A stretch of DNA of 64,000 nt from an uncultured Candidatus Saccharibacteria bacterium (GCA_964585065.1 CAZPCB010000001.1:226866-290865); one strand, 5' to 3'. Shown: positions 21,442-31,301, counted from the first letter of the stretch. Notes: generated by a model from the letters alone, not told the origin. Numbers and translations are program-made.

Positions 21442-22450
21442 GCAGAACTTCCTTATCCTTCACCCCTTTAATGCTCAGATTAGAATAGGGTTCTGCAACA
21501 GTAATAGTAATTTTTTGACTTACTCCTAATTGATTATTAATAACTAAATCAACAAATTCTCGAATACCGTCCATTTTAGCAAAGCCACCAAGCAATACAA
21601 TATCTTGTATTTTTTCTTCATTATTATCTTGGAATTGGTGAATAATACGCAATACTTCATTTTCAAAAAAGCTCTTAATCCCAGATTGTATTAAGGCTGA
21701 TATTTCTGACTTAGGACCAGATATTCCATTATCTTTTTTGAGTTTTTCTGCTTCTATACTGGATATATTATGAGAAGATGAAATTTTATCCGTAATATGA
21801 TTCCCTCCAAAATCAAATGATTGTATTAATTGCAATTGATCTTCTGTATTAACAATACTTACCGTACTGGTTCTTGCCCCAATATCTACAACACATACTT
21901 GACTATTGGGCAAATCAATAGAACGAATAATAGAGAAAGCATCTAATTCAAATCCCTTAATCGTAATACCTAGGGCTTTACTTACTTCAATATACGTATT
22001 TACCACACTATTAGGAATGGCAATTACTAATACATTTAATTTATCTTTTTCCTTATTAGGCCCTAAATTCATCCAATCTAATTGCACGCTGGTTAAAGGA
22101 ACAGGAATATATTGTTTTGCTTCAAGTGGTACAGCTGTAGACAACTCTTCAAATGACATAAGAGGAAATTGAACAACTGCTGAAAAAGCTAAATATGAAG
22201 GGATTGCAATATATGCCTCCTTTATTTCCATTTTAGCAGCATTAAGCATAGCTTGTATAATGGTGGTAATCTGAGATACAGAAATAATATGTTCCCCGTT
22301 TTTCTCTTGAATAATATTATCTAAATCATCATCCCAAATACTATAATTAATCACGGATATTTTCCCTCCTTGTTTTTGAACTTCCGAAATTTTAATAGTT
22401 TGTGTACCAATATCAATACCAAACGAATTTTTTACTCCTAATCCTAACAT
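21380..22450 (-). CDS. pilM: type IV pilus assembly protein PilM (actin-like ATPase fold)
   Basis: FGIDIGTQTIKISEV N-terminal actin-like motif; 356 aa. Confidence 0.7.
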   Translation of the reverse strand: MLGLGVKNSFGIDIGTQTIKISEVQKQGGKISVINYSIWDDDLDNIIQEKNGEHIISVSQITTIIQAMLNAAKMEIKEAYIAIPSYLAFSAVVQFPLMSFEELSTAVPLEAKQYIPVPLTSVQLDWMNLGPNKEKDKLNVLVIAIPNSVVNTYIEVSKALGITIKGFELDAFSIIRSIDLPNSQVCVVDIGARTSTVSIVNTEDQLQLIQSFDFGGNHITDKISSSHNISSIEAEKLKKDNGISGPKSEISALIQSGIKSFFENEVLRIIHQFQDNNEEKIQDIVLLGGFAKMDGIREFVDLVINNQLGVSQKITITVAEPYSNLSIKGVKDKEVLHAIWHDLVLSIGISLKDYVE

Positions 22451-22506
22451 TGCTTTTATTTATTGATATTATTCTATAGTATAATAATATCATATGGTAT
22501 ATAAAC

Positions 22507-23214
22507 ATGCAAGATTCACTATCCACATTATTACAAAATAGCATAATACCGAATCAATGTATTATTTGCCATAAACTTCATATTTCGAATTTATGCGCTG
22601 ATTGCCTATCCAAAATCCCACATAAGCCTAATCTCTGGATACACAAATATATACAACAGAAATCATTATTTGTCCCCAAAATACATACAAATATTCAACC
22701 TAATCTTGTAGAGGGTAAACTTATGAGTATACTTACCTGTACCCCATTTAATGATCCAATTATACGTAAAAGTATTCATTATCTCAAGTATAAAAATATT
22801 CCCCAAATAGCTGAGCCCCTAGGAGCCATAATGCTTCGTACCCTCACACAACATATACGATTAAAGTCCAATATTATTCTCTGTCCCATTCCCCTTCATA
22901 ACAAACGATTACAATTTCGGGGATATAATCAATCTGTATTATTAGCTCAATATTTAGCTGATAAGCTCAAATTACCTCTTTATCTTGATTTACAGCGTAT
23001 ACGTGATACCCCACAACAAATGCGTATTAAAGACAGGCAAGATAGAGTAGAGAATGTAATTGATTCTTTTGAGGCTTATTCTCGAGCTCCAAAAAACTCT
23101 ACCATAATTATTATTGATGATGTCACAACGACTTTATCCACAATTGAAGAGACTGCTAAATCCTTATATAAACAGGGTTTTTGCGATATACATGCGCTTG
23201 TTTTGGCTCATTAG
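22507..23214 (+). CDS. comF: ComF-family competence protein (zinc ribbon plus phosphoribosyltransferase)
   Basis: N-terminal CIIC...CADC double zinc ribbon; PRTase motif IIIIDDVTTTLSTI. Confidence 0.65.
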   Translation: MQDSLSTLLQNSIIPNQCIICHKLHISNLCADCLSKIPHKPNLWIHKYIQQKSLFVPKIHTNIQPNLVEGKLMSILTCTPFNDPIIRKSIHYLKYKNIPQIAEPLGAIMLRTLTQHIRLKSNIILCPIPLHNKRLQFRGYNQSVLLAQYLADKLKLPLYLDLQRIRDTPQQMRIKDRQDRVENVIDSFEAYSRAPKNSTIIIIDDVTTTLSTIEETAKSLYKQGFCDIHALVLAH

Positions 23215-23300
23215 CCAATATCTATTATCAAGAGTATAAAAGATATGATATAATAGCAACAAAGTTTATATAACTTTGTTTAACAGATAAAAACACAGAA

Positions 23301-23624
23301 ATGGAAAGCACCGTAGATAAAGAATTTGTTTCATATATTGTTAAGTCAATTGTAGATAATCCTAATGATGTTCTGATTGAAAGAACAGTGGATGAAATGG
23401 GAGTATTAATAACGTTACAAGTCAATCCCAGTGATATGGGTTATGTGATTGGAAAGGCAGGATCTACTGCCAAGGCAATTCGCTCCCTTCTCCGTATTGT
23501 GGGAGCTCGTAATAATGCTCGAGTTAATCTCAAAATTCTTGAGCCAGAACAAGGTGTGAGAAATGAAACTCGATTATCTAATTCAGAAGATATTAATCAA
23601 GCTGTGGATAACTTAAATCTCTAA
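23301..23624 (+). CDS. KH-domain RNA-binding protein (KhpA/YlqC-like)
   Basis: VIGKAGSTAKAIRSLL GXXG KH motif; upstream of trmD. Confidence 0.7.
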   Translation: MESTVDKEFVSYIVKSIVDNPNDVLIERTVDEMGVLITLQVNPSDMGYVIGKAGSTAKAIRSLLRIVGARNNARVNLKILEPEQGVRNETRLSNSEDINQAVDNLNL

Positions 23625-23627
23625 TAT

Positions 23628-24320
23628 ATGCGTTTTGATATATTAACTCTTTTTCCAGAAATTATTACTCCTTATATTAATAATGGAGTAATTGGGAGGG
23701 CTCAAAATCTCAAACAAAGTATTGAAGTTGGTATTCATAATATACGTGATTATACCAATAATCCTCATAATAAAGTTGATGATACTCCATTTGGGGGTGG
23801 GGCTGGTATGATATTACAAATAGAACCTATTTATGAGGCTCTTTCTTCCCTCATTAATCAATATCCTGATACCAAAAAACATATTATTTTAACCAAGGCG
23901 GGGGCTCCAATATTTAATCAAGAAAAGGCTATATCTCTTGGGGATACCTATAATCATATTATTTTTATTTGTGGTCGCTATGAAGGTGTGGACTCAAGAG
24001 TAGAAAAATATTTAACCCATGAATCCTTATCTATTGGGCAATTTGTATTAACAGGGGGTGAATTACCTGCTCTGGTTATGCTCGATGCTATTTCTCGACA
24101 TATTCCTGAAGTACTTGGTAATCAAGAATCTCTAACTGAGGAATCCTGGACTAATACTGATACTAAGGAATATCCTCATTATTCTCGTCCAGCTATTTTT
24201 ACTCCTACTAATCCCCAATTAATTAAACCTGATGCCCCTGCTAATTGGGAAGTGCCCGAAATATTATTATCAGGAAATCATCAAGCCATCGAGTCTTGGC
24301 GAAAAGATCAAAGGATATAA
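23628..24320 (+). CDS. trmD: tRNA (guanine37-N1)-methyltransferase
   Basis: MRFDILTLFPE N-terminus and SPOUT-family signature. Confidence 0.9.
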   Translation: MRFDILTLFPEIITPYINNGVIGRAQNLKQSIEVGIHNIRDYTNNPHNKVDDTPFGGGAGMILQIEPIYEALSSLINQYPDTKKHIILTKAGAPIFNQEKAISLGDTYNHIIFICGRYEGVDSRVEKYLTHESLSIGQFVLTGGELPALVMLDAISRHIPEVLGNQESLTEESWTNTDTKEYPHYSRPAIFTPTNPQLIKPDAPANWEVPEILLSGNHQAIESWRKDQRI

Positions 24321-24380
24321 TTATCTTTTCGAATCAAAAGATATATGCTATAATTAACTCGAAATACCAATATATTTATT

Positions 24381-24857
24381 ATGGCTAAACAAAAAAAATC
24401 ATCTCTTTACAACTATCAAGCCTTAGAGTTTGATAAATATGAAAAAACTCCTACTTGGTATGTTCTTTTTGGTATTATAGGTATTCTCCTTTTGATATAT
24501 GCAATATTCACACGCTCCCCAATGATGTTTGTGGTATTTGTTTTAACCTTTGTTGTTACCCTATTAATATCAAGTAAAGATCCTGAATATATAACTGTTG
24601 AAATTACTGAGACAGGAATTAATTTAGACTCCAAAAGAACATTTCAATTTCAAGATATTGAATCATTTGGTGTTTTTATAAGACAAGATGTCAGATTCAT
24701 ATCTCTTCATATGGCAACAGGTGTCTTAACACATGCCCGTATTCCTCTTGGCAAAGAAAATCCTGATGATATTGCTGATATACTTGAGCAATTTATCCCT
24801 AGAGAGGATGGGAAAGAATCATTTTTTGACACCCTAGATCATTTCCTTAAAATTTAA
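24381..24857 (+). CDS. hypothetical membrane protein
   Basis: 158 aa with two predicted TM helices. Confidence 0.4.
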   Translation: MAKQKKSSLYNYQALEFDKYEKTPTWYVLFGIIGILLLIYAIFTRSPMMFVVFVLTFVVTLLISSKDPEYITVEITETGINLDSKRTFQFQDIESFGVFIRQDVRFISLHMATGVLTHARIPLGKENPDDIADILEQFIPREDGKESFFDTLDHFLKI

Positions 24858-24858
24858 T

Positions 24859-24935
24859 GTACCTATAGCTCAGTTGGATAGAGCGCAGGTTTGCGGAACC
24901 TGAGGTCAGAGGTTCGAACCCTCTTAGGTACACCA
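24859..24935 (+). tRNA. tRNA-Arg (anticodon GCG), CCA encoded
   Basis: Hand-folded cloverleaf: acceptor GTACCTA/TAGGTAC, D-stem GCTC/GAGC, anticodon stem CAGGT/ACCTG with loop TTGCGGA, T-loop TTCGAAC. Confidence 0.75.
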
Positions 24936-24946
24936 ATACCGTATAT

Positions 24947-27073
24947 ATGAATGTTCTCTATACCCCTATTACAAATCTAAAGCCAAAACCTACTCCTAGG
25001 CTTATTAGCAGTTTTCATAAATTAGGAATTCATACTCTTGCACAACTCCTTTTATATCCACCCAAAAAATTTATTAATTATACTCATTTTCAAACCTTAG
25101 ATAATATTAATACTATTCTCCCAGGAACTCCTGCTGTATTTGAAATAACTATTATTCATAAGAAATCGACTCGCCTCAGAGGTCGTAATCTTGTTTTAGG
25201 GGAAATTACTATACAAGATGAGACTGATCAATATACTATTACCCTTTTTAATCAAAAATTATTATTTGAATCTCTCCAAATAGGTTCACAATATGCCCTA
25301 TCTGCTATTATAAAACCTAATACTAAAGCTCCTCTTACCAATATAAGTTTTGAGCGAATATTGCCACAAAAAATCCTCTTACATTCTCATCGATTAGTAC
25401 CTATTTACCCAGAGACTTTTGGTATAACTTCAAAAATGCTTAGATATCGTATTGATCTTGCTATTAAACAATTTGGACTATTACCTGAAACTTTACCTGA
25501 ATGGGTTTTACAAAAAGCTCATATCCCTGATATTAATACCACTATTCAATATTTACATTATCCTCGCAGCACCGATAATATTCATCACGCTAAACAAAGA
25601 CTCATATTCGAAGAAGCTTTTATTATGCAATTATATATTGCCAAACAAAAACTACTCTTTCAATCTAAATATGCTCCTGCATTAATGACTCAAACAGAGA
25701 AAATTCAAGAATTTATTAGTAAGCTACCCTTTGAGTTAACCAAGGCTCAGCAAAAATCTATACAAGAAATCCTGGGTGATATTGCCAAACCCTCCCCTAT
25801 GAATAGATTATTAGAGGGAGATGTTGGTACTGGCAAAACTATTGTCGCAACAATAGCAATGCTTAATTCCTATTTTAATACAGCTCAATCGGTAATGATG
25901 GCCCCTACTGAAATACTTGCAACTCAACATTTTGAAGGAATCACCAAATTAACACAGAATATAAGCTCACCCCCAATTATCGCCTTGATTACCTCTAAAG
26001 AATCTCGTATATCTACTGATATTGAGCTGGGGTCTTGGACCACTATTCCCAAAAAAGAATTATTGCGTAAAATTGCAAGAGGAAATATTGATATTATTAT
26101 TGGTACGCATAGTGTTATTACTGATCAATTACAATATAAAGATCTTGCTCTTGTTATCGTAGATGAGCAACATCGATTTGGAGTAAAGCAAAGAGCAGAA
26201 TTACAAACTATGATTAGTAAAGCTAAGGATAAAAGCTCAGAGACAATTTCTCATCTTTTAAGTATGACGGCAACCCCAATACCTCGTACCTTGGCTCTTA
26301 GCATATATGGTGATTTAGATATATCTCTATTAGATGAATATCCCGCTGGAAGAAAACTCATAAAAACTAAATTAGTCCCTCCATCCAAAAGAACAGAAGC
26401 CTATACCTTTATACGCAAGCATATACAATCCGGTAGACAAGCCTTTGTGGTATGCCCTAAAATTGAAGCTGATGAAGAATCTGATATCAAATCTGTAGAA
26501 GAAACTTTTATTGACTTATCTCAAAATATATTCCCTGATCTTAGAATTAATATGATGCATGGGAAAATGAAAACTGCCGAAAAAGATACAATTATTCAAG
26601 ATTTCAAAAATCGGAAATTTGATATACTTGTTGCCACCTCCGTAATAGAAGTTGGTATTGATATCCCAAATGCCAGTATTATAGTAATAGAAGGGGCTGA
26701 GCGCTTTGGACTCGCTCAATTACATCAATTCCGAGGAAGAGTGGGCCGAGGAGAATATCAATCCTTTTGTTTTTTATTTGAAACGGGTGAGCAAGAAGTG
26801 TCCATGAATCAAAGATTAAAAGCTATTGAAAAAGCCAATAATGGATTTGAGCTCGCGGAAAAAGATTTAGCTATTAGAGGTCCTGGTCAATTTATTGGAT
26901 CTAATCAAAGTGGAATATCAGATATTAGTATGGAGGCTTTACTCAATAAAGAGATTATTGTACAAACTCGTAATATATCGCAGGAAATCCTAAATCAAGA
27001 TACTACTCTTAATATGTATCCAGAATTAAAATCTCGTCTATCGCATTTTGAAGATACCGTACATTTTGAATAA
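24947..27073 (+). CDS. recG: ATP-dependent DNA helicase RecG
   Basis: Walker A GDVGTGKT, DEQH box, 708 aa RecG-size SF2 helicase. Confidence 0.9.
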   Translation: MNVLYTPITNLKPKPTPRLISSFHKLGIHTLAQLLLYPPKKFINYTHFQTLDNINTILPGTPAVFEITIIHKKSTRLRGRNLVLGEITIQDETDQYTITLFNQKLLFESLQIGSQYALSAIIKPNTKAPLTNISFERILPQKILLHSHRLVPIYPETFGITSKMLRYRIDLAIKQFGLLPETLPEWVLQKAHIPDINTTIQYLHYPRSTDNIHHAKQRLIFEEAFIMQLYIAKQKLLFQSKYAPALMTQTEKIQEFISKLPFELTKAQQKSIQEILGDIAKPSPMNRLLEGDVGTGKTIVATIAMLNSYFNTAQSVMMAPTEILATQHFEGITKLTQNISSPPIIALITSKESRISTDIELGSWTTIPKKELLRKIARGNIDIIIGTHSVITDQLQYKDLALVIVDEQHRFGVKQRAELQTMISKAKDKSSETISHLLSMTATPIPRTLALSIYGDLDISLLDEYPAGRKLIKTKLVPPSKRTEAYTFIRKHIQSGRQAFVVCPKIEADEESDIKSVEETFIDLSQNIFPDLRINMMHGKMKTAEKDTIIQDFKNRKFDILVATSVIEVGIDIPNASIIVIEGAERFGLAQLHQFRGRVGRGEYQSFCFLFETGEQEVSMNQRLKAIEKANNGFELAEKDLAIRGPGQFIGSNQSGISDISMEALLNKEIIVQTRNISQEILNQDTTLNMYPELKSRLSHFEDTVHFE

Positions 27074-28360
27074 TTATTCTTTCCAATTCCAATCAGAATT
27101 AATATATTCAGATACTTGTTTCGATTTTGGCTTATAATCTAAATTAAATCCAAATCCTGCAATACCTGGCTGTTTTTGAATTTGAAAACTATATTGTTGA
27201 GTTTTGGGAATAGTATAATCGATGACAATATCCTTAGTACTATTAAAAGGAATATCTATTTGAAATCCTGCTACTTTTTTATTATATTCGCTATTATAGT
27301 CAATTTTGTCTTTTTCAATACCAGTAATAGTATTAATAAAAGCATTTTGTGGTAATAATATTCTACTATATGACTTATAATCATTATTGAGAGGTGAGGC
27401 AGTCTGAGCAGTATTAGTATATCGTATGGTAATTGTGGAGCATAATTTGTCCCCACAAGTATTAACTGTTTTACTAATATCTCGCTTCATATAATAATCA
27501 GTTTTGAGAGAACCTAAATTAGCATCTACTAACATAAAATAATCCCCCTCCCCATTATTCTCAATAGCCCCATCCCAATTCAAAGTCTCAACTTTATCTT
27601 GTACTTTTTGATCTGAGCTCCATAATAATAGTTGCTTTTGATTAGCCTGCTCTATAAGCATATTCCCAATTTTATATAATGTTTGAGGAGAGGCTTTGCG
27701 AATTCTCTTCTCTACTTCAACTGCTAAATTTTTAATAGGCTCTTTACGGTCAGCACGACTTATCCCCTTATCAATAAATCCAAAATTAAGTTCATATTGT
27801 ACAGATAATAATACATTATCGGCATTTAATTCTCCATCTATTCCCTCTACATTCACTGGCCCAATAATTTTTAATATTTCAGGGAGAACAGCAGCATTTA
27901 CTGCAATAATACCATTTATATTTTGACTTCCCCCCTCCAATTTATATAAATCAATCATTTGTTTTGCTGTAGTTGGAAAATCTGGAGACCAATTTCCATC
28001 TCTCATTTGTAATGTATCGACTCCTAGCATAATTTTTATAGGCTCAGGAGCATTAATACCAGGCTTTCCATAATCAAAGGCATTCGTATTATAAATAGTA
28101 TACTTTTTCACTTTTCCTTTACTCAAAGTAACTTCTGCAAAATTACCTACAAATCCCCCTGTTGGTCTTAATTCTAAGGTATTCTGGAATAATACTAAAT
28201 AGGTGACATCTCCCTGTTTTTGTATAGCCTGTACAAGAGCAATTTCTTGTCTATATTGAGACCAAATAATTCCCCAGATAATAAGACCTATACTTATTAT
28301 TATCAATAGTATAATACCAATTATGGTAAAAATTCTCTTTTTGGGAGAGACTTTTTTCAT
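27074..28360 (-). CDS. membrane-anchored DUF4012-like envelope protein
   Basis: N-terminal TM then VLFQNTLELRPTGGFVGNFAEV signature. Confidence 0.5.
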   Translation of the reverse strand: MKKVSPKKRIFTIIGIILLIIISIGLIIWGIIWSQYRQEIALVQAIQKQGDVTYLVLFQNTLELRPTGGFVGNFAEVTLSKGKVKKYTIYNTNAFDYGKPGINAPEPIKIMLGVDTLQMRDGNWSPDFPTTAKQMIDLYKLEGGSQNINGIIAVNAAVLPEILKIIGPVNVEGIDGELNADNVLLSVQYELNFGFIDKGISRADRKEPIKNLAVEVEKRIRKASPQTLYKIGNMLIEQANQKQLLLWSSDQKVQDKVETLNWDGAIENNGEGDYFMLVDANLGSLKTDYYMKRDISKTVNTCGDKLCSTITIRYTNTAQTASPLNNDYKSYSRILLPQNAFINTITGIEKDKIDYNSEYNKKVAGFQIDIPFNSTKDIVIDYTIPKTQQYSFQIQKQPGIAGFGFNLDYKPKSKQVSEYINSDWNWKE

Positions 28361-28365
28361 ATCTA

Positions 28366-29547
28366 TTAATATTTCAAAGCTGCCGTAACCTGAATACCAG
28401 CACCCCTATATAGACGAGAGTCTCTCTGATATACATTTTCAAGAGCTTTTATAATATGATTCCAAGAATAATGATACCGTATTTCCTCTTGTAATATGTC
28501 CGCAAGTTCCAAAGCTCCTCGATAATCCCCCAATACATGCTCTAATTGATGTTTGAGAGAAGCAATATTATTCACCTTTGCAATATGCCCAAGATCCCCC
28601 ACAATTTCAAGATTTTCGCGAATATCGGATACAATAACAGGAATTCCATAACTTCCTGCCTCCAAAAGAGAAATAGATAATCCCTCTGAAGATGATGGAA
28701 GAACATATATTGCTGCATTAGCAAATAATTGTTTTAATGTTCTGCCTAATTGATGACCGGTAAATATAATATTTTTATCTCCATCTGCTAAATCATGAAG
28801 ATATTGTTCATATTCTCTGGTATAAGAAGGTCCTCCCACAATAACAAGCTTTTTCCCATATTTATGAGCCATTTGCTGATACGCCTGTATCAAAATATGA
28901 GCATTTTTATGTTTAACTAGTCTTGCAATAAATACAATATAGCCTTGTTTTTTGAGACCAAATTTGGCTAATTCTGAATCAGAACTAATATGATTAAACA
29001 CGGTACCATTTGGTATATAAGTAGCCTTAATATCAAATTCTCGAGATATAAAATAGCGTAAACTCTTAGAAACTGTTACTACTTCATCAGCAAAATGACA
29101 TCCTGTCCAAGCCCCTAATTTTAACATTGACTTAGCAAAAAGATTCCATTTTCCATGATACCAATCAGCACTATGAAATGTAAATACCACCTTGGTATAT
29201 CTATGTCCAAATAGATATTTGATAGCAAATCCGAGGCGAGCAAATGGAGTTAATAAGGCGGGGCCCACTGAATTGATATGAAGTACATCCAAATCTGGGA
29301 TAAAAAAACTATTCCAAATAGAAGTAAATGTATGAGTAATAGCATCCAAACTTTTGGTGGCAATAGAAGGGGTTTCAATTACCTGTACCCCTTTATAATT
29401 CCCTTCAGGAGCATAGGATTTACGTGTATAAACAATAATATCATGGTTCCGTCGAGCAAGTCTCACTGCAATATTATCAACATAGTTCTCCACACCACCC
29501 CCAGCTGAGGCAGGAATACCTTTTTGACCTATAAAAGCAATTTTCAT
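28366..29547 (-). CDS. glycosyltransferase family 4 (GT-B)
   Basis: MKIAFIGQKGIPASAGGGVENYV N-terminus; C-terminal EGLSISLLEAGSYGIPVIVS motif. Confidence 0.7.
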   Translation of the reverse strand: MKIAFIGQKGIPASAGGGVENYVDNIAVRLARRNHDIIVYTRKSYAPEGNYKGVQVIETPSIATKSLDAITHTFTSIWNSFFIPDLDVLHINSVGPALLTPFARLGFAIKYLFGHRYTKVVFTFHSADWYHGKWNLFAKSMLKLGAWTGCHFADEVVTVSKSLRYFISREFDIKATYIPNGTVFNHISSDSELAKFGLKKQGYIVFIARLVKHKNAHILIQAYQQMAHKYGKKLVIVGGPSYTREYEQYLHDLADGDKNIIFTGHQLGRTLKQLFANAAIYVLPSSSEGLSISLLEAGSYGIPVIVSDIRENLEIVGDLGHIAKVNNIASLKHQLEHVLGDYRGALELADILQEEIRYHYSWNHIIKALENVYQRDSRLYRGAGIQVTAALKY

Positions 29548-29578
29548 GAAAATACTAATAGTAATCTAATTAATATAA

Positions 29579-29607
29579 ATTATAGCATATTTTGACTCAA
29601 ATGTCAA
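29579..29607 (-). promoter_or_regulatory. sigma70-type extended -10 promoter for the GT4 gene
   Basis: Minus strand TTGACA, 17 nt, atatgcTATAAT. Confidence 0.5.
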
Positions 29608-29674
29608 AAGTTTTCAACAACTGAAATAAAGAAAAGCCCACCCTCGAATTGAGAGTGAACCTAAAGTTGAAGCA

Positions 29675-29866
29675 TTACCAAATGAGTCGAATACCTGTCA
29701 TAAATATATCAGCTCCAATCAAACCTGAGAGGAGAGATAAAATACTAAGCAGTACCTGAGACTGCTGAGGAATATTCTCTGACATAATATCTTCTTCGGC
29801 AATACTATGCTGAATGATTACAGCTACCAAAATAGATACAATCAGTAAGACTGGGTTGCGTCTCAT
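29675..29866 (-). CDS. small membrane protein (hypothetical; start chosen at the internal Met)
   Basis: 63 aa hydrophobic ORF followed by a hairpin plus T-run around 29625-29660; the upstream part of the 111 aa ORF overlaps the island terminator region. Confidence 0.2.
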   Translation of the reverse strand: MRRNPVLLIVSILVAVIIQHSIAEEDIMSENIPQQSQVLLSILSLLSGLIGADIFMTGIRLIW

Positions 29867-30023
29867 GAATCTAAAAGAGCAGATATAAAATCTATTATAG
29901 CCTATATTCTTACAAAATGAAAATCCCCAACTGCAAGCAGCTGGAGATATAGGGGTAAAACCAGAAATGGTCAAGGCGACTGCTCCCCGTGAGGGGTTAG
30001 TTGCTATCATTTTTGGTTTTACT

Positions 30024-31163
30024 TCAGAAGCCGAAGCGGAGCTTTACTGTTCCCCCAAACCCTGAGCGGGTATTGGAGTCGAGTCCCAGCACATAGGCTG
30101 GCACCACCTGAATAGCCGTATTGCGGCTGAGATTCAGGGTGATGGGGGCTCCGAGTTCAACTCGACTAGTGGAGTTATCACGGCCGAGGCCATAAAGAAC
30201 TCCCTTTGCCTGAAGCTGGACCTGCAGCTTCGAATTGGCATCCCCCACCAGATTAGGTGTGGTGACCTCGGGATAAAAATATCCTCCGTCAGTATTCACA
30301 CCCCCCTGGACATACAGATTCCAGGGATTCTTGGAGTTGCCGGGGCGAATACCGCCTTCGCCGAAGGCGTCATAGCCTCCATTGGCGAAATCGTATTCGC
30401 CACCTGCACCAATCCAAGGATTGGCGGAAGACTTGGGGTCCAGGCGATGCCGAATCCGGGCTCGGATACCGACATCAGTCTGAGGCTTATCCGACTTCCA
30501 TTCACCGGAATAAAGATCATCGGGGCTTTTCCAAGTCCCATTAGCATTATTCTGCTGGAAACGGACAAAGGGACCAGCATTCCACTCGGTAGTGGAAGAC
30601 CAGCCTCTCAGAGCCCCATAGATATCCAGCTTACTGGAATCATAGGAGCAAGTACCTCCCGGACCTGCTGGGCAAGTTCCCGAGCTTTGATAGCCGGTAA
30701 CTTGCATCAGGAAAGGTTTCCCCTTGGGAGCCAGCGTGACTCCAGCCTTGGAATTGATCTGGCTGGGAGTGCTACTGTACTCTGCCTCCCCCCTGATATT
30801 GGTGTTATTACCACCGAACAGGGAGGATTCTCCACCGCCCTTTTGAAAAGGGGTAACAACAGGTCCTGCAACCACAGGATTGACAGATTGTTGTGTCACA
30901 ACCTGAGTTACCGGCAAAACCGGTGGTGGTCCAGGTGGAGCCTGTGACATTTGCGGAACACTTCCAGCATTACGAGCCTCGGCAGCTTCACGCATGGCAC
31001 GAAGCTCAGTTGCTTGCTCTCGTGTGGAGAGTCTCCGAGGCATTTCTGCCTGGATACTGTTAACCGATTGAGGGACTGCAGCCTTCACTTCCGCCTTGAC
31101 ACCCATAGGGGCAAGTAGTGGAAGAGCGATTGCAAACATCCCCAAGATGTTACGATTTTTCAT
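30024..31163 (-). CDS. secreted beta-barrel outer-membrane-protein-like protein (GC-rich, codon usage foreign to host)
   Basis: Start MKNRNILGMFAIALPLLAPMGVKA signal peptide with AGGAG RBS 8 nt upstream; Pro-rich linker; C-terminal alternating hydrophobic strands ending ...GGTVKLRFGF with terminal Phe. Confidence 0.55.
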   Translation of the reverse strand: MKNRNILGMFAIALPLLAPMGVKAEVKAAVPQSVNSIQAEMPRRLSTREQATELRAMREAAEARNAGSVPQMSQAPPGPPPVLPVTQVVTQQSVNPVVAGPVVTPFQKGGGESSLFGGNNTNIRGEAEYSSTPSQINSKAGVTLAPKGKPFLMQVTGYQSSGTCPAGPGGTCSYDSSKLDIYGALRGWSSTTEWNAGPFVRFQQNNANGTWKSPDDLYSGEWKSDKPQTDVGIRARIRHRLDPKSSANPWIGAGGEYDFANGGYDAFGEGGIRPGNSKNPWNLYVQGGVNTDGGYFYPEVTTPNLVGDANSKLQVQLQAKGVLYGLGRDNSTSRVELGAPITLNLSRNTAIQVVPAYVLGLDSNTRSGFGGTVKLRFGF

Positions 31164-31191
31164 CGTAAAACTCCTGGTAAAGAACTCTCGC

Positions 31192-31220
31192 ATACTAGCA
31201 TAAAAACACGATTTTGTCAA
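31192..31220 (-). promoter_or_regulatory. near-consensus sigma70 promoter for the OMP-like gene
   Basis: Minus strand TTGACA, 17 nt (aaatcgtgtttttatgc), TAGTAT; the ORF-track N-terminal extension runs through it. Confidence 0.6.
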
Positions 31221-31252
31221 TAGCTAACAACATCTGTTATAGTGTTTGGGGA

Positions 31253-31285
31253 GAAATAAAAAAGCCCCCACAAATTGTGAGGGCT
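31253..31285 (-). terminator. rho-independent terminator
   Basis: Minus strand gccctcaca-attt-gtgggggc then ttttttattt. Confidence 0.5.
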
Positions 31286-31301
31286 GATATGAGGAATCTG
31301 A

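Noticed and set aside
31164-31220. N-terminal extensions of island ORFs (30024..31220 start at 31220; 31302..32336 start at 32336)
   Set aside because: The extensions run through the -35 and -10 promoter boxes and precede the obvious signal-peptide Met. For the first gene, that Met also has an AGGAG RBS. True starts were placed at 31163 and 32300.
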